DNA of 64,000 nucleotides from Centroscyllium fabricii (taxonomy: Eukaryota), in assembly GCA_051313645.2 (NCBI GenBank), contig JBNRSN020000089.1, positions 3,038,001 to 3,102,000 on the forward strand, in the 5' to 3' direction. Each line of letters opens with the position of its first letter. Within the stretch, counting starts at the first letter, position 1. The notes under the pieces are model-generated. The model had not been told where the DNA came from and did no database searches. It saw nothing but the letters and a program-made list of their open reading frames with translations. A program made the position numbers and the translations under genes. Positions 1-13,000 of this stretch are shown here, piece by piece.

Positions 1-1053
1 TATCAGAAAATGTCCATCTGTGCACAATACAAAAGACATTATCAATCTGTGTACAATACATCAGACATTATCCATCTGTGTAGAACATATCAGACAATAT
101 CCATCTGTGAATAATACATCAGAAAATGTCCATCTGTGTACAATATATCAGACATTATCCATCTGTGAACAATACATCAGACAATATCCATCTGTGTACA
201 ATATATCAGACAATATCCATCTATGTACAATAAATCAGAAAATGTCCATCTGTGTACAATACATCAGACAGTATCCATCTGTGTACAATAGATCAGACAT
301 TATCCATCTCTGAACAATACATCAGACATTATCCATTTGTGTACAATACATCAGACATTTTCCATCTGTGAACAATACATCAGACATCATCCATCTGTGT
401 ACAGTTCTTCAGACAATGTCCATCTTTGTACAATACATCAGGCAATATCCATCTGTGTACAATACATCAGATCATGTCCATCTGTGAACAATATATCAGA
501 CAATGTCCATCTGTGTACAATACATCAGAAATTGTCTTTCTGTGAACAATACATAAGACATTATCCATCTGTGTACAATACATCAAACATTATCCATCTG
601 TGTACAATACATCAGCAAATGTCCACCTGTGAACAATACATAAGACATTATCCATCTGTGTACAATACATCAGACAGTATCCATCTGTGAACAATACATC
701 AGACAATATCCATCTGTGTACAATACATCAGACAAATGTCCATCTGTGAACAATACATCAGACAATATCCACCTGTGTACAATACATCAGACAATGTCCA
801 TCTGTGTAAATTACATCAGACAATATCCATCTGTGAACAGTACATCAGAAAATGTCCATCTGTATACAATACATCAGACATTATCCATCTGTGAAGAATA
901 CATTAGACAATATCTATCTGTGTACAGTACACCAGACAATATACATCTGTGTACAATACATCAGAAAATTTCGATCTGTGTACAATACATCAGACAATAT
1001 CCATCTGTGTACAATACATCAGCCATTATCCATCTGTGAACAATAGAGCAGAC
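1..1053. repeat. 29-bp AT-rich tandem repeat, ~36 copies, truncated by the left window edge
   Basis: Unit CATCAGACAATATCCATCTGTGTACAATA recurs every 29 bp, with variants AATATC/ATTATC/AATGTC and TGTAC/TGAAC. The translated ORFs repeat every 29 aa (3 x 29 nt). Confidence 0.97.
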
Positions 1054-4000
1054 ATGTCCCTACCCCTTCCCTTGCTGTCCAGGGACTGGGATTTTCCTAC
1101 CTCTTCCCTTGCTATCTGGAGACTGGGATGATCCTACCTCTTCCCTTGCTGTCTCTAGACTGGTATGTCACTACCGCTTCCCTTGCTGTCTCTAGACTGG
1201 AATGTTCCTACCCTTTCCCTTGCTGTCTGGAGACTGGGATGTTCCTACCCCATCCCTTGCTGTCTCTAGACTGGGACATCACTTCCCTTGCTGTCCAGAG
1301 ACAGGGATATTTCTACCCTATCTCTTGCTGTCTGGAGGCTGGGATGTTCCTATCCCTTCCCATGCTGTCCAGAGATTGGGATGTCCCCAGCTCTTCCTTG
1401 CTGTCAGGAAACTGGGATTTTCCTAGCTCTTCCCTTGCTGTCCGGAGACTGGGATGTTCCTACCCAATCCCTTGCTGTCTGGAGACTGGGATGTTCCTAC
1501 CTCATCCCTTGCTGTCTGGAGACTGGGATGTCCCTAACCCATCCCTTGCTGTCTCTAGACTGCGTTGTCCCTACCCCATCCGTTGCTGTCCGGAGACTGG
1601 GATATCCCTACCCCTTCCCTTGCTGTCTGGAGACTGGGATGTTCCTACCCCATCCCTTGCTGTCCGGAGACTGGGATGTCCCTACCACTTCCCTTACTGT
1701 CTGGAGACTGGGATGTTCCTACCCCATCATTTGCTGTGTCTAGAGTGCGATGTTCCTACCCCTTCCCTTGCTGTCTGGAAACTGGGATGTTCCTACCTCT
1801 TCCCTTGCTGTCTCTAGACTGGGATGTCCCTTCCCAATCCCTTGCTGTCTCTAGACTGGGATGTTCCTAACCCTTCCCTTGCTGTCTCTAGACTGGGATG
1901 TCCCTATCCCATCCCTTGCTGTCTCTAGACTGGGATGTTCCTACCCCTTCCCTTGCTGTCTGGAGACTGGGATTTTCCTACCCCATCTCTTGCTGTCTCT
2001 AGACTGGGAAGCCCCTACCTCTTCCCTTGCTGTCCGGAGACTGGGATGTCCCTACCCCATCCCTTGTTGTCTCTAGACTGGGATGTCCCTACCTTTTCCC
2101 TTGCTGTCTGAAGACTAGAATGTCCCTACCCCTTCCCTTTCGGTCTGGAGTCTGGGATGTACATACCGCATGCCTTGCTGTCCAGAGACTGGGATGATCC
2201 TACCCCTTCCCTTACTGTCTGGAGACTGGGATGTCCCTACCTCTTCCCTTGCAGTCTGGAGACTGGGATGTTCCTACCTCTTCCCTTGCTGTCTCTAGAC
2301 TGGGATGTTCCTAGCCCCACCCTTGCTGTCCGGAGACTGAGATGTCCCTACCCCATCCCTTGCTGTCTGGAGACTGGGATGTTCCTACCCCATCCTTTGC
2401 TGTCTCTAGACTGGGATGGCCCTACCCCTTCACTTGCTCTACGGAGACTGGGATGTTCCTACCCCATCACTTGCTGTCCGGAGACTGGAATGTTCCTACC
2501 TCTACCCTTGCTGTCTGGAGACTGGGATGTTCCTATCTCTTCCCTTGCTGTCTGGAGACTGAGATGTCCCTACCGCATCCCTTGCTGTCTATAGACTGCG
2601 ATGTTGCTACCCCTTCCCTTGCTGTCTGGAGACTGGGATGTTCATACCCCTTCCCTTGCTGTCTGGAGACTGGGATGTCCCTTCCACATCCCTTGCTGTC
2701 CAGAGACTGGGATGTTCCTACCCCTTCGCTTGCTGTCTGGAGACTGGGATGACCCTATCTCTTCCCTTGCTGTCTGGAGACTGGGATGTACCTACCCCAT
2801 CCCTTGCTCTCCGGAGAATGCGATGTCCCTAACCCTTCCCTTGCTGTCCAGAGACTGGAATGTTCCTACCTCTTCCCTTGCTGTCTGTAGACTTGGATGT
2901 TCCTACCCCTTCCCTTGCTGTCTGGAGACTGGGATGTCACAACCCCAACCCTTGCTGTCTCTAGACTGGGATGTTCCTACACCTTCCCCTGCTGTCTGGA
3001 GACTGGGATATCCCTACCACATCCCTTGCTGTCCAGAGAATTGGAAGTTACTACACCTTCCCTTGCTGTCTCTAGACTGAGATGTTCCTACCCCTTTCCT
3101 TGCTGTCTGGAGACTGGGATGTCCCTACCTCATCCCTTGCTGTCCAGAGACTGGGATGTGCCTACCCCATCCCTTGCTGTCCGGAGACTGGGTTGTCCCT
3201 ACCCCATCCCTTGCTGTCTCTAGACTGGAATGTTCCTACCCCTTCCCTTGCTGTCTGGAGTCTGGGATGTCCCTACCCCATCCCTTCCCGTCTGGAGTCT
3301 GGGATGTTCCTACCTCATCACTTGCTGTCTGGAGACAGGGATGTCCATACCCCTTCCCTTGCTGTCCAGAGACTGGAATGTTCCTACCTCTTCCCTTGCT
3401 GTCTGGAGACTGGAATGTTCCTATCCCATCCCTTGCTGTCCGGAAACTGGGATGTCCCTATCCCTTCCCTTGCCTTCTGGAGACTGGGATGATACTACCG
3501 CATCTCTTGCTGTCTCTAGACTGGGATGTGACTACCCCTTCCCTTGCTGTCTGGAGACTGGGATGTCCCTAATTCTTCCCTTGCTGTCTCTAGACTGGGA
3601 TGTCCCTATCACCTCCCTTGCTGTCTCCAGACTGGGATGTTCCTACCCCTTACCTTGCTGTCTCTAGACTGGTATGTTCCTACCCATTTCCTTGCTGTCT
3701 CTAGACTGGGATGTTCCTACCCCTTCCCTTGCTGTCTGGAGACTGGGATGTTCCTATCCCATCTCTTGCTGTCTCTAGACTGGGAAGTCCCTACTTCTTC
3801 CCTTGCTGTCCGGATACTGGGATGTCCCTACCCCATCCCTTGCTGTCTCTAGACTGGGATGTCACTACCTCTACCCTAGCTGTCTGGAGACTGGATTACC
3901 CTACCCTTCCCTTTCTGTCTGGGGACTGGGATGTTCCTACCCTTTCCCTTGCTGTCTGGAGACTGGGATGTCCCTAACTCTTCCCTTGCTGTCCGGAGAC

Positions 4001-7000
4001 TTGGATGTTCCTACCCCATCCCTTGCTGTCCTGAGACTGGGATGTTCCTACCTCTACCCTTGCTGTCTGGAGACTGGGATGTACCTATCTCTTCCCTTGC
4101 TGTCTGGAGACTGGGATGTCACTTCCCCATCCCTTGCTCTCTCTAGACTGGGATTTTCCTACCCCTTCCCTTGCTGTCTGGAGACTGGGATGTACCTACC
4201 CCATCCTTTGATGTCTGGAGACTGGGATGTCCCTTTCCCATCACTTGCTGTCCAGAGACTGGGATTTTCCTACCTTTTCGCTTGCTGTCTGGAGACTGGG
4301 ATGTCCCTACCTCTTCCCTTGCTGTCTGGAGACTGGGATGTTCCTACCACATCCATTGCTGTCCGGAGACTGGGATGTCCCTAACCCTTCCCTTGCTGTC
4401 TGTAGACTGGGATGTTCCTACCTCTTCCCTTGCTGTCTGTAGACTGGGATGTTCCTACCCCTTTTCTTTCTGTCTGCAGACTGGGATGTCCCTACCCCAT
4501 CCCTTGCTGTCTCTAGACTGGGATGTCCCTACCCCTTCCCTTGCCGTCTGGAGACTGGGATATCCCAACCCCATCCCTTGCTGTCCAGCGACTGGGATTT
4601 AACTACCCCTTCCATTGCTCTCTCTAGACTGGGATGTTCCTATCCCTTCCCTTGCTGTCTGGAGACTGGGATGTCCCTACCCCATCCCTTGCTGTCCGTA
4701 GACTGGGATGTTCCTGCTCCATCACTTGCTGTCCGGAGACTGGGATGTCCCTACCCCATCCCTTGCTGCCTCTAGACTGGAATGTTCCTACCCCTTCCCT
4801 TGCTGTCTGGAGTCTGGGATGTCCCTACACCATCCCTTCCCGTCTGGAGACTGGGATGTTACTACCCCATCACTTGCTGTCCTGAGACTGAGATGTCCCT
4901 ACACCTTCCCTTGCTGTCCAGAGTCTGGAATGTTCCCGCCTCTTCCCTTGCTGCCTGGAGACTGGGATGTTCCTACCCCATCCCCTGCTCTCCGGAGGCT
5001 GGGATGTCCATACCGATTCCCTTGCTATCTGGAGACTGGGATGTTCCTACCCCATTCCTTGCTGTCCAGAGACTGGGATGTTCCTACCCCATCCCTTGCT
5101 GTCTGGAGTCTTGGATGTCCCTACCCCATCCCTTGCAGGCTCTAGACTGGGATGTCCCTAACCCTTCCCTTTGATGTCTCTAGACTGGGATGTTCCTACC
5201 CCTTCCCTTGCTCTCTGGAGACGGGGATGTTCCTACCCCATCCCTTGCTGTCTCTGGACTGGGATGTCCCTACAACATCCCTTGCTGTCTGGAGACTGGG
5301 ATGTTCCTCCCACTTCCCTTTCTGGCTGGAGACTGGGATGTTCCTACCCCATCTCTTGCTGCCTGGAGATTGGGATGTTCCAACCCGTTCCCTTGCTGTC
5401 CAGTGACTGGGAAGTTCCTACCCCATCCCTTGCTGTCTGGATACTGGGATGTCCCTACCCCATCCCTTGCTGTCCAGATACTGGGATGTTCCTACCCTAT
5501 CCCTTGCTGTCTGGAGGCTGGGATGTTCCTACCCCTTCCCTTGCTCTCCAGAGATTGGGATGTCCCTAGCTCTTCCCTTGCTGGCTGGAGACTGGGATGT
5601 TCCTACCTCTTCCCTTGCTGTCCGGAGACTGGGATGTTCCTACACAATCCCTTGCTGTCTGGAGACTGGGATGTTCCTACCCCTTCCCCTGCTGTCTGGA
5701 GTCTGGGATGTCCCTACCCCATCCCTTGCAGTCCGGTGACTGGGAAGTTCCTACCCTATCCTTTAATGTCTGAAGACTGGGATGTTCCTACCCAATCCCT
5801 TGCAGTCCGGCGAATGGGATGTCCCTACCCCTTCCCTTGCTGTCTCTAGACTAGGATGTTCCTACCACATCCTTTGCTGTCTGGAGACTGGGATGTTCCT
5901 ACCCTATCCCTTGCAGTCACTAGACTGGGTTGTCCCTACCCCATCCCTTGCTGTTCGGAGACAGTGATATCCCTACACCTTCCCTTGCTGTCTGGAGACT
6001 GTGATGTTCCTAACCCATCCCTTGCTGTCTGGAGACTGGGATTTCCCTACCCCTTCCCTTGCTGTCCAGAGACTGGAATGTGCGTACGTCTTCCCTTGCT
6101 GTCTGGAGACTGGACTGTTCCTACCCCATCCCTTGCTGTCCGGAGACTCTGATGTCCCTACCCCTCCTCTTGCTGTCTGGAGACTGTGATGTTCCTACCC
6201 CATCTCTTGCTGTCTCTAGACTGCGGTGTTCATACCCCTTCCCATGCTATCTGTTGACTGGGATGTCCCTACCTCTTCCCTTGCTGTCTCTAGACTGGAA
6301 TGTCCGTACCCCATCCCTTGCTGTGTGGAGACTGGGATGTCCCTACCCCATCCCTTGATGTCCAAAGACTGAGATGTTCCTACCCTATCCCTTGCTGTCT
6401 GGAGGCTGGGATGTTCCTACCCCTTCCCTTGCTGTCCAGAGATTGTGATGTCCCTAGCTCTTCCCTTGCTGTCTGGAGACTGGGATGTTCCTGCCTCTTC
6501 CCTTGCTGTCCGGAGACTGGGATGTTCCTACCACGTCATTTGCTGTCTGGAGACTGGGATGTTCCTACACCATCCCTTGCTGTCTGGAGACTGGGATGTC
6601 CCTAGCTCTTCTCTTGCAGTCTGGAGACTGGGATGTTCCTGCCTCTTCCCTTGCTGTCCTGAGACTGGGATGTTCCTACCCCATCTCTTGCTGTCTGGAG
6701 ACGGGGATGTTCCTATCCCATCCCTTGCTGTCTGGAGATTGGGATGTCCCTAGCTCTTCCCTTGCTGTCTGAAGACTGGGATGTTCCTGCCTCTTCCCTT
6801 GCTGCCCGGAGACTGGGATGTTCCTACCCCATCCCTTGCTGTCTGGAGACTGGGATGTTCCTACCCCATCCCTTGCTGTCTGGAGACTGGTATGTTCCTA
6901 TCCCATCCCTTCCTGTCTGGAGACTGGAATGTTCCAACCCCATCCCTTGCTGTCCGGCGACTGGGATGTCCCTACCCCTTCACATGCTGTCTCTAGACTA

Positions 7001-10000
7001 GGATATTCCTACCCCATCCCTTGCTGTCTGGAGACTGGGATCTTCCTACCTCATCCCTTGCTCTCTCTAGACTGGGTTGTCCCTACCCCATCCCTTGCTG
7101 TACGGAGACTGGGATGTTCCTAACCCATCCCTTTCTGTCTGGAGACTGGGATGTCCCTAACCCTTCCCTTGCTGTCCAGAGACTGGCATGTTCCTACCTC
7201 TTCCCTTGCTGTCTGGAGACTGGGATGTTCCTACCCCATCGCTTGCTGTCCGGAGACTGGGATGTTCCTACCACTTCCCTTGCTGTCTGGAGACTTCGAT
7301 GTTCCTACCCCATCTCTTTCTGTCTGTAGAGTGCGATGTTCCTACCCCTTCCCTTGCTGTCTGGAAACTGGGGTCTCCCTACCTCTTCCCTTGCAGTCTT
7401 TAGACTGGGATGTCCCTACCCCATCGTTTGCTGTCTCTAGACTGGGATGTTCCTACCCCTTCACTTCCTGTCTCTAGACTGGGATGTTCCTATTCCTTCC
7501 CTTGCTTTCTGGAGACTGGGATGCTCCTACCCCATCTCTTGCTGTCTCTAGTCTGGGAAGTCCCTACCTCTTCCCTTGCTGTCCGGAGACTGGGATGTCC
7601 CTACCCCATCCCTTGCTGTCTCTACACTGGGAGGTCCCTAACTTTTCCATTGCTGTCTGGAGACTAGAATGTCCCTACCCCTTCCCTTTCTGTCTGGAGG
7701 CTGGGATGTTCCTACCGCATACCTTGCTGTCCAGAGACTAGGATGTTCCTGCACCTTCCCTTGCTGTCTGGAGACTGGGATGTCCCTACCTCTTCCCTTG
7801 CTGTCTGGAGACTGGGATGTTCCTACCTCTTCCCTTGCTGTCTCTAGACGGGGATGTTCCAAATCCATCCCTTGCTGTCCGGAGACTGGGATGCCCCTAC
7901 CCATCCCCTGCTCTCTGGAGACTGGGATGTGTCTACCCCATCCCTTGCTGTCTCTAGCCTGGGATGTCCCTACCCCTTCACTTTATGTCCGGAGGCTGGG
8001 ATGTTCCTAACCCATCCCTTGCTGTCCGGAGACTGGGATGTTCCTACCTCTACCCTTGCTGTCTGGAGACTGGGATGTTCCTATCTCTTCCCTTGCTGTC
8101 TGGAGACTGCGAAGTCCCTACCTCATCCCTTGCTGTCTATAGACTTCGATGTTCCTAACCCTTCCCTTGCTGTCTCTAGACTGGAATGTCCGTACCCCAT
8201 CCCTTGCTGTCTCTAGACTGGGATGTTCCTACCCCTTCCCTTGCTGTTTGGAGGCGGGGATGTTCCTACCCCTTCCCTTGCTGTCTGGAGACTGGGATGT
8301 TCCTACGCCATCTCTTGCTGTCTCTAGACTGCGATGTTCATACCCCTTCCCTTGCTGTCTGTTGACTGGGATGTCCCTACCTCATCCCTTGCTGTCTATA
8401 GACTTCGATGTTCCTAGCCCTTCCCTTGCTGTCTGGAGACTGGGATGATCCTACCACATCCCTTTCTGTCTGGAGACTGGGATGTACCGTCCCCATCCCT
8501 TTCTGTCCAGGGACTGGGATTTTCCTACCCCTTCGCTTGCTGTCCGGAGACTGGGATGACACTACCTCTCCCCTTGCTGTCTGGATACTGGGATGTACCA
8601 ACCCCATCCCTTGCTGTCCGAGACTGGGATGTCCCTACTCTTTCCCTTGCTGTCCAGAGACTGGAATATTCCCACCTCTTCCCTTGCTGTCTGTAGACTG
8701 GGATGTCCCTACCCCTTCCCTTGCTGTCCAGAGACTGGCATGTTCCTACCTCTTCCCTTGCTGTCTGGAGACTGGGATGTTCCTACCCCATCTCTTGCTG
8801 TCTCTAGATTGCGATGTTCATACCCCTTCCCTTGCTGTCTGTAGACTGGGATGTCCCTACCTCTTCCCTTGCTGTCTCTAGACTGGAATGTCCGTACCCC
8901 ATCCCTTGCTGTCTCTAGACTGGGATGTTCCTACCCCTTCCCTTGCTGTTTGGAGACTGGGATGTTCCTACCCCTTCCCTTGCTGTCTGGAGACTGGGAT
9001 GTCCCTACCCCATCCCTTGATGTCCAGAGACTGAGATGTTCCTACCCTATCCCTTGCTGTCTGGAGGCTGGGATGTTCCTACCCCTTCCCTTGCTGTCCA
9101 GAGATTGTGATGTCCCTAGCTCTTCCCTTGCTGTCTGGAGACTGGGATGTTCCTGCCTCTTCCCTTGCTGTCCGGAGACTGCGATGTTCCTACCACATCA
9201 TTTGCTGTCTGGAGACTGGGATGTTCCTACCCCATCCCTTGCTGTCTGGAGACTGGGATGTCCCTAGCTCTTCCCTTGCAGTCTGGAGACTGGGATGTTC
9301 CTGCCTCTTCCCTTGCTGTCCGGAGACTGGGATGTTCCTACCCAATCTCTTGCTGTCTGGAGACGGGGATGTTCCTATCCCATCCCTTGCTGTCTGGAGA
9401 TTGGGAAGTCCCTAGCTCTTCCCTTGCTGTCTGGAGACTGGGATGTTCCTGCCTCTTCCCTTGCTGATCGGAGACTGGGATGTTCCTACCCCATCCCTTG
9501 CTGTCTGGAGACTGGGATGTTCCTACACCATCCCTTGCTGTCTGGAGTCTGGTATGTTCCTACCCCATCCCTTGCTGTCTGGAGACTGGAATGTTCCTAC
9601 ACCATCCCTTGCTGTCCGGCGACTGGGATGTCCCTACCCCTTCCCTTGCTGTCTCTAGACTCGGATGTTCCTACCCCATCACTTGCTGTCTGGAGACTGG
9701 GATGTTCCTTCCTCATCCCTTGCTGTCTCTAGACTGGGTTGTCCCTACCCCATCCCTTGCTGTCCGGAGACTGGGATGTTCCTAACCCATCCCTTGCTAA
9801 CTGGAGACTGGGATGTCCCTACCCCTTCCCTTGCTGTCCAGAGACTGGCATGTTCCTACCTCTTCCCTTGCTGTCTGGAGACTGGGATGTTCCTACCCCA
9901 TCCCTTGCTGTCCAGAGACTGTGTTGACCCTACCACTTCCCTTGCTGTCTGGAGACTGGGATGTTCCTACCCTATCTCTTGCTGTCTCTAGTGTGCGATG

Positions 10001-13000
10001 TTCCTACCGCTTCTCTTGCTGTCTGGAATCTGGGACCTCCCTACCTTTTCCCTTGCAGTCTCTAGACTGGGATGTCCCTAACTCATCACTTGCTGTCTCT
10101 AGACTGGGATGTTCCTACCCCTTCACTTCCTGTCTCTAGACTGGGATGTTCCTATTCCTTCCCTTGCTTTCTGGAGACTGGGATTTTCCTACCCCATCCC
10201 TTGCTGTCTCTAGTCTGGGAAGACCCTACCTCTTCCCTTGCTGTCCGGAGACTGGGATGTCCCTACCCCATCCCTTGCTGTCTCTAGACTGGGAGGTTCC
10301 TAACCCATCCCTTGCTGTCTGGAGAGTGGGATGTCCCTACCCCTTCCCTTGCTGTCCAGAGACTGGCATGTTCCTACCTCTTCCCTTGCTGTCTGGAGAC
10401 TGGGATGTTCCTACCCCATCGTTTGCTGTCCGGAGACTGGGACGTTCCTACCACTTCCCTTGCTGTCTGGAGACTTGGATGTTCCTACCCCATCTCTTGC
10501 TGTCTGTAGATTGCGATGTTCCTACCCCTTCCCTTGCTGTCTGGAAACTGGTGTCTCCCTACCTCTTCCCTTGCAGTCTTTAGACTGGGATGTCCCTACC
10601 CCATCGTTTGCTGTCTCTAGTCTGGGATGTTCCTACCCCTTCACTTCCTGTCTCTAGACTGGGATGTTCCTATTCCTTCCCTTGCTTTCTGGAGACTGGG
10701 ATGCTCCTACCCCATCTCTTGCTGACTCTAGTCTGGGAAGTCCCTACCTCTTCCCTTGCTGTCCGGAGACTGGGATGTCCCTACAACATCCCTTGCTGTC
10801 TGGAGACTGAGATGTTCCTACCACTTCCCTTTCTGGCTGGAGACTGGGATGTTCCTACCCCATCTCTTGCTGCCTGGAGATTGGGATGTTCCAACACGCT
10901 CCCTTGCTGTCCAGAGACTGGGAAGTTCCTACCCCATCCCTTGCTGTCTGGATACTGGGATGTCCCTACCCCATCCCTTGCTGTCCAGATACTGGGATGT
11001 TCCTACCCTATCCCTTGCTGTCTGGAGGCTGGGATGTTCCTACCCCTTCCCTTGCTCTCCAGAGATTGGGATGTCCCTAGCTCTTCCCTTGCTGGCTGGA
11101 GACTGGGATGTTCCTACCTCTTCCCTTGCTGTCCGGAGACTGGGATGTTCCTACACAATCCCTTGCTGTCTGGAGACTGGGATGTTCCTACCCCTTCCCC
11201 TGCTGTCTGGAGTCTGGGATGTCCCAACCCCATCCCTTGCAGTCCGGTGACTGGGAAGTTCCTACCCTATCCTTTAATGTCTGAAGACTGGGATGTTCCT
11301 ACCCAATCCCTTGCAGTCCGGCGACTGGGATGTCCCTACCCCTTCCCTTGCTGTCTCTAGACTAGGATGTTCCTACCACATCCCTTGCTGTCTGGAGACT
11401 GGGATGTTCCTACCCTATCCCTTGCAGTCACTAGACTGGGTTGTCCCTACCCCATCCCTTGCTGTTCGGAGACAGTGATGTCCCTACACCTTCCCTTGCT
11501 GTCTGGAGACTGTGATGTTCCTAACCCATCCCTTGCTGTCTGGAGACTGGGATTTCCCTACCCCTTCCCTTGCTGTCCAGAGACTGGAATGTGCGTACGT
11601 CTTCCCTTGCTGTCTGGAGACTGGACTGTTCCTACCCCATCCCTTGCTGTCCGGAGACTGGGATGTCCCTACCCCTCCCCTTTGCTGTCTGGAGACTGTG
11701 ATGTTCCTACCCCATCTCTTGCTGTCTCTAGACTGCGGTGTTCATACCCCTTCCCATGCTGTCTGTTGACTGGGATGTCCCTACCTCTTCCCTTGCTGTC
11801 TCTAGACTGGAATGTCCGTACCCCATCCCTTGCTGTGTGGAGACTGGGATGTCCCTACCCCATCCCTTGATGTCCAGAGACTGAGATGTTCCTACCCTAT
11901 CCCTTGCTGTCTGGAGGCTGGGATGTTCCTACCCCTTCCCTTGCTGTCCAGAGATTGTGATGTCCCTAGCTCTTCCCTTGCTGTCTGGAGACTGGGATGT
12001 TCCTGACTCTTCCCTTGCTGTCCGGAGACTGGGATGTTCCTACCACATCATTTGCTGTCTGGAGAATGGGATGTTCCTACACCATCCCTTGCTGTCTGGA
12101 GACTGGGATGTCCCTAGCTCTTCCCTTGCCGTCTGGAGACTGGGATGTTCCTGCCTCTTCCCTTGCTGTCCTGAGACTGGGATGTTCCTACCCCATCTCT
12201 TGCTGTCTGGAGACGGGGATGTTCCTATCCCATCCCTTGCTGTCTGGAGATTGGGATGTCCCTAGCTCTTCCCTTGCTGTCTGAAGACTGGGATGTTCCT
12301 GCCTCTTCCCTTGCTGCCCGGAGACTGGGATGTTCCTACCCCATCCCTTGCTGTCTGGAGACTGGGATGTTCCTACCCCATCCCTTGCTGTCTGGAGACT
12401 GGTATGTTCCTACCCCATCCCTTGCTGTCTGGAGACTGGAATGTTTCTACCCCATCCCTTGCTGTCCGGCGACTGGGATGTCCCTACCCCTTCACTTGCT
12501 GTCTCTAGACTAGGATGTTCCTACCCCATCCCTTGCTGTCTGGAGACTGGGATCTTCCTACCTCATCCCTTGCTGTCTCTAGACTGGGTTGTCCCTACCC
12601 CATCCCTTGCTGTCCGGAGACTGGGATGTTCCTAACCCATCCCTTGCTGTCTGGAGACTGGGATGTCCCTACCCCTTCCCTTGCTGTCCAGAGACTGGCA
12701 TGTTCCTACCTCTTCCCTTGCTGTCTGGAGACTTGGATGTTCCTACCCCATCGCTTGCTGTCCGGAGACTGTGATGTTCCTATCACTTCCCTTGCTGTCT
12801 GGAGACTTGGATGTTCCTACCCCATCTCTTGCTGTCTGTAGAGTGCGATGTTCCTACCCCTTCCCTTGCTGTCTGGAAACTGGGGTCTCCCTACCTCTTC
12901 CCTTGCAGTCTTTAGACTGGGATGTCCCTACCCCATCGTTTGCTGTCTCTAGACTGGGATGTTCCTACCCCTTCACTTCCTGTCTCTAGACTGGGATGTT

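Noticed and set aside
20-1131. Cys/His-containing repeat ORFs that superficially resemble zinc fingers
   Set aside because: They are translations of the 29-bp repeat in overlapping frames, with no C-x2-C...H-x3-H spacing or TGEKP linkers.
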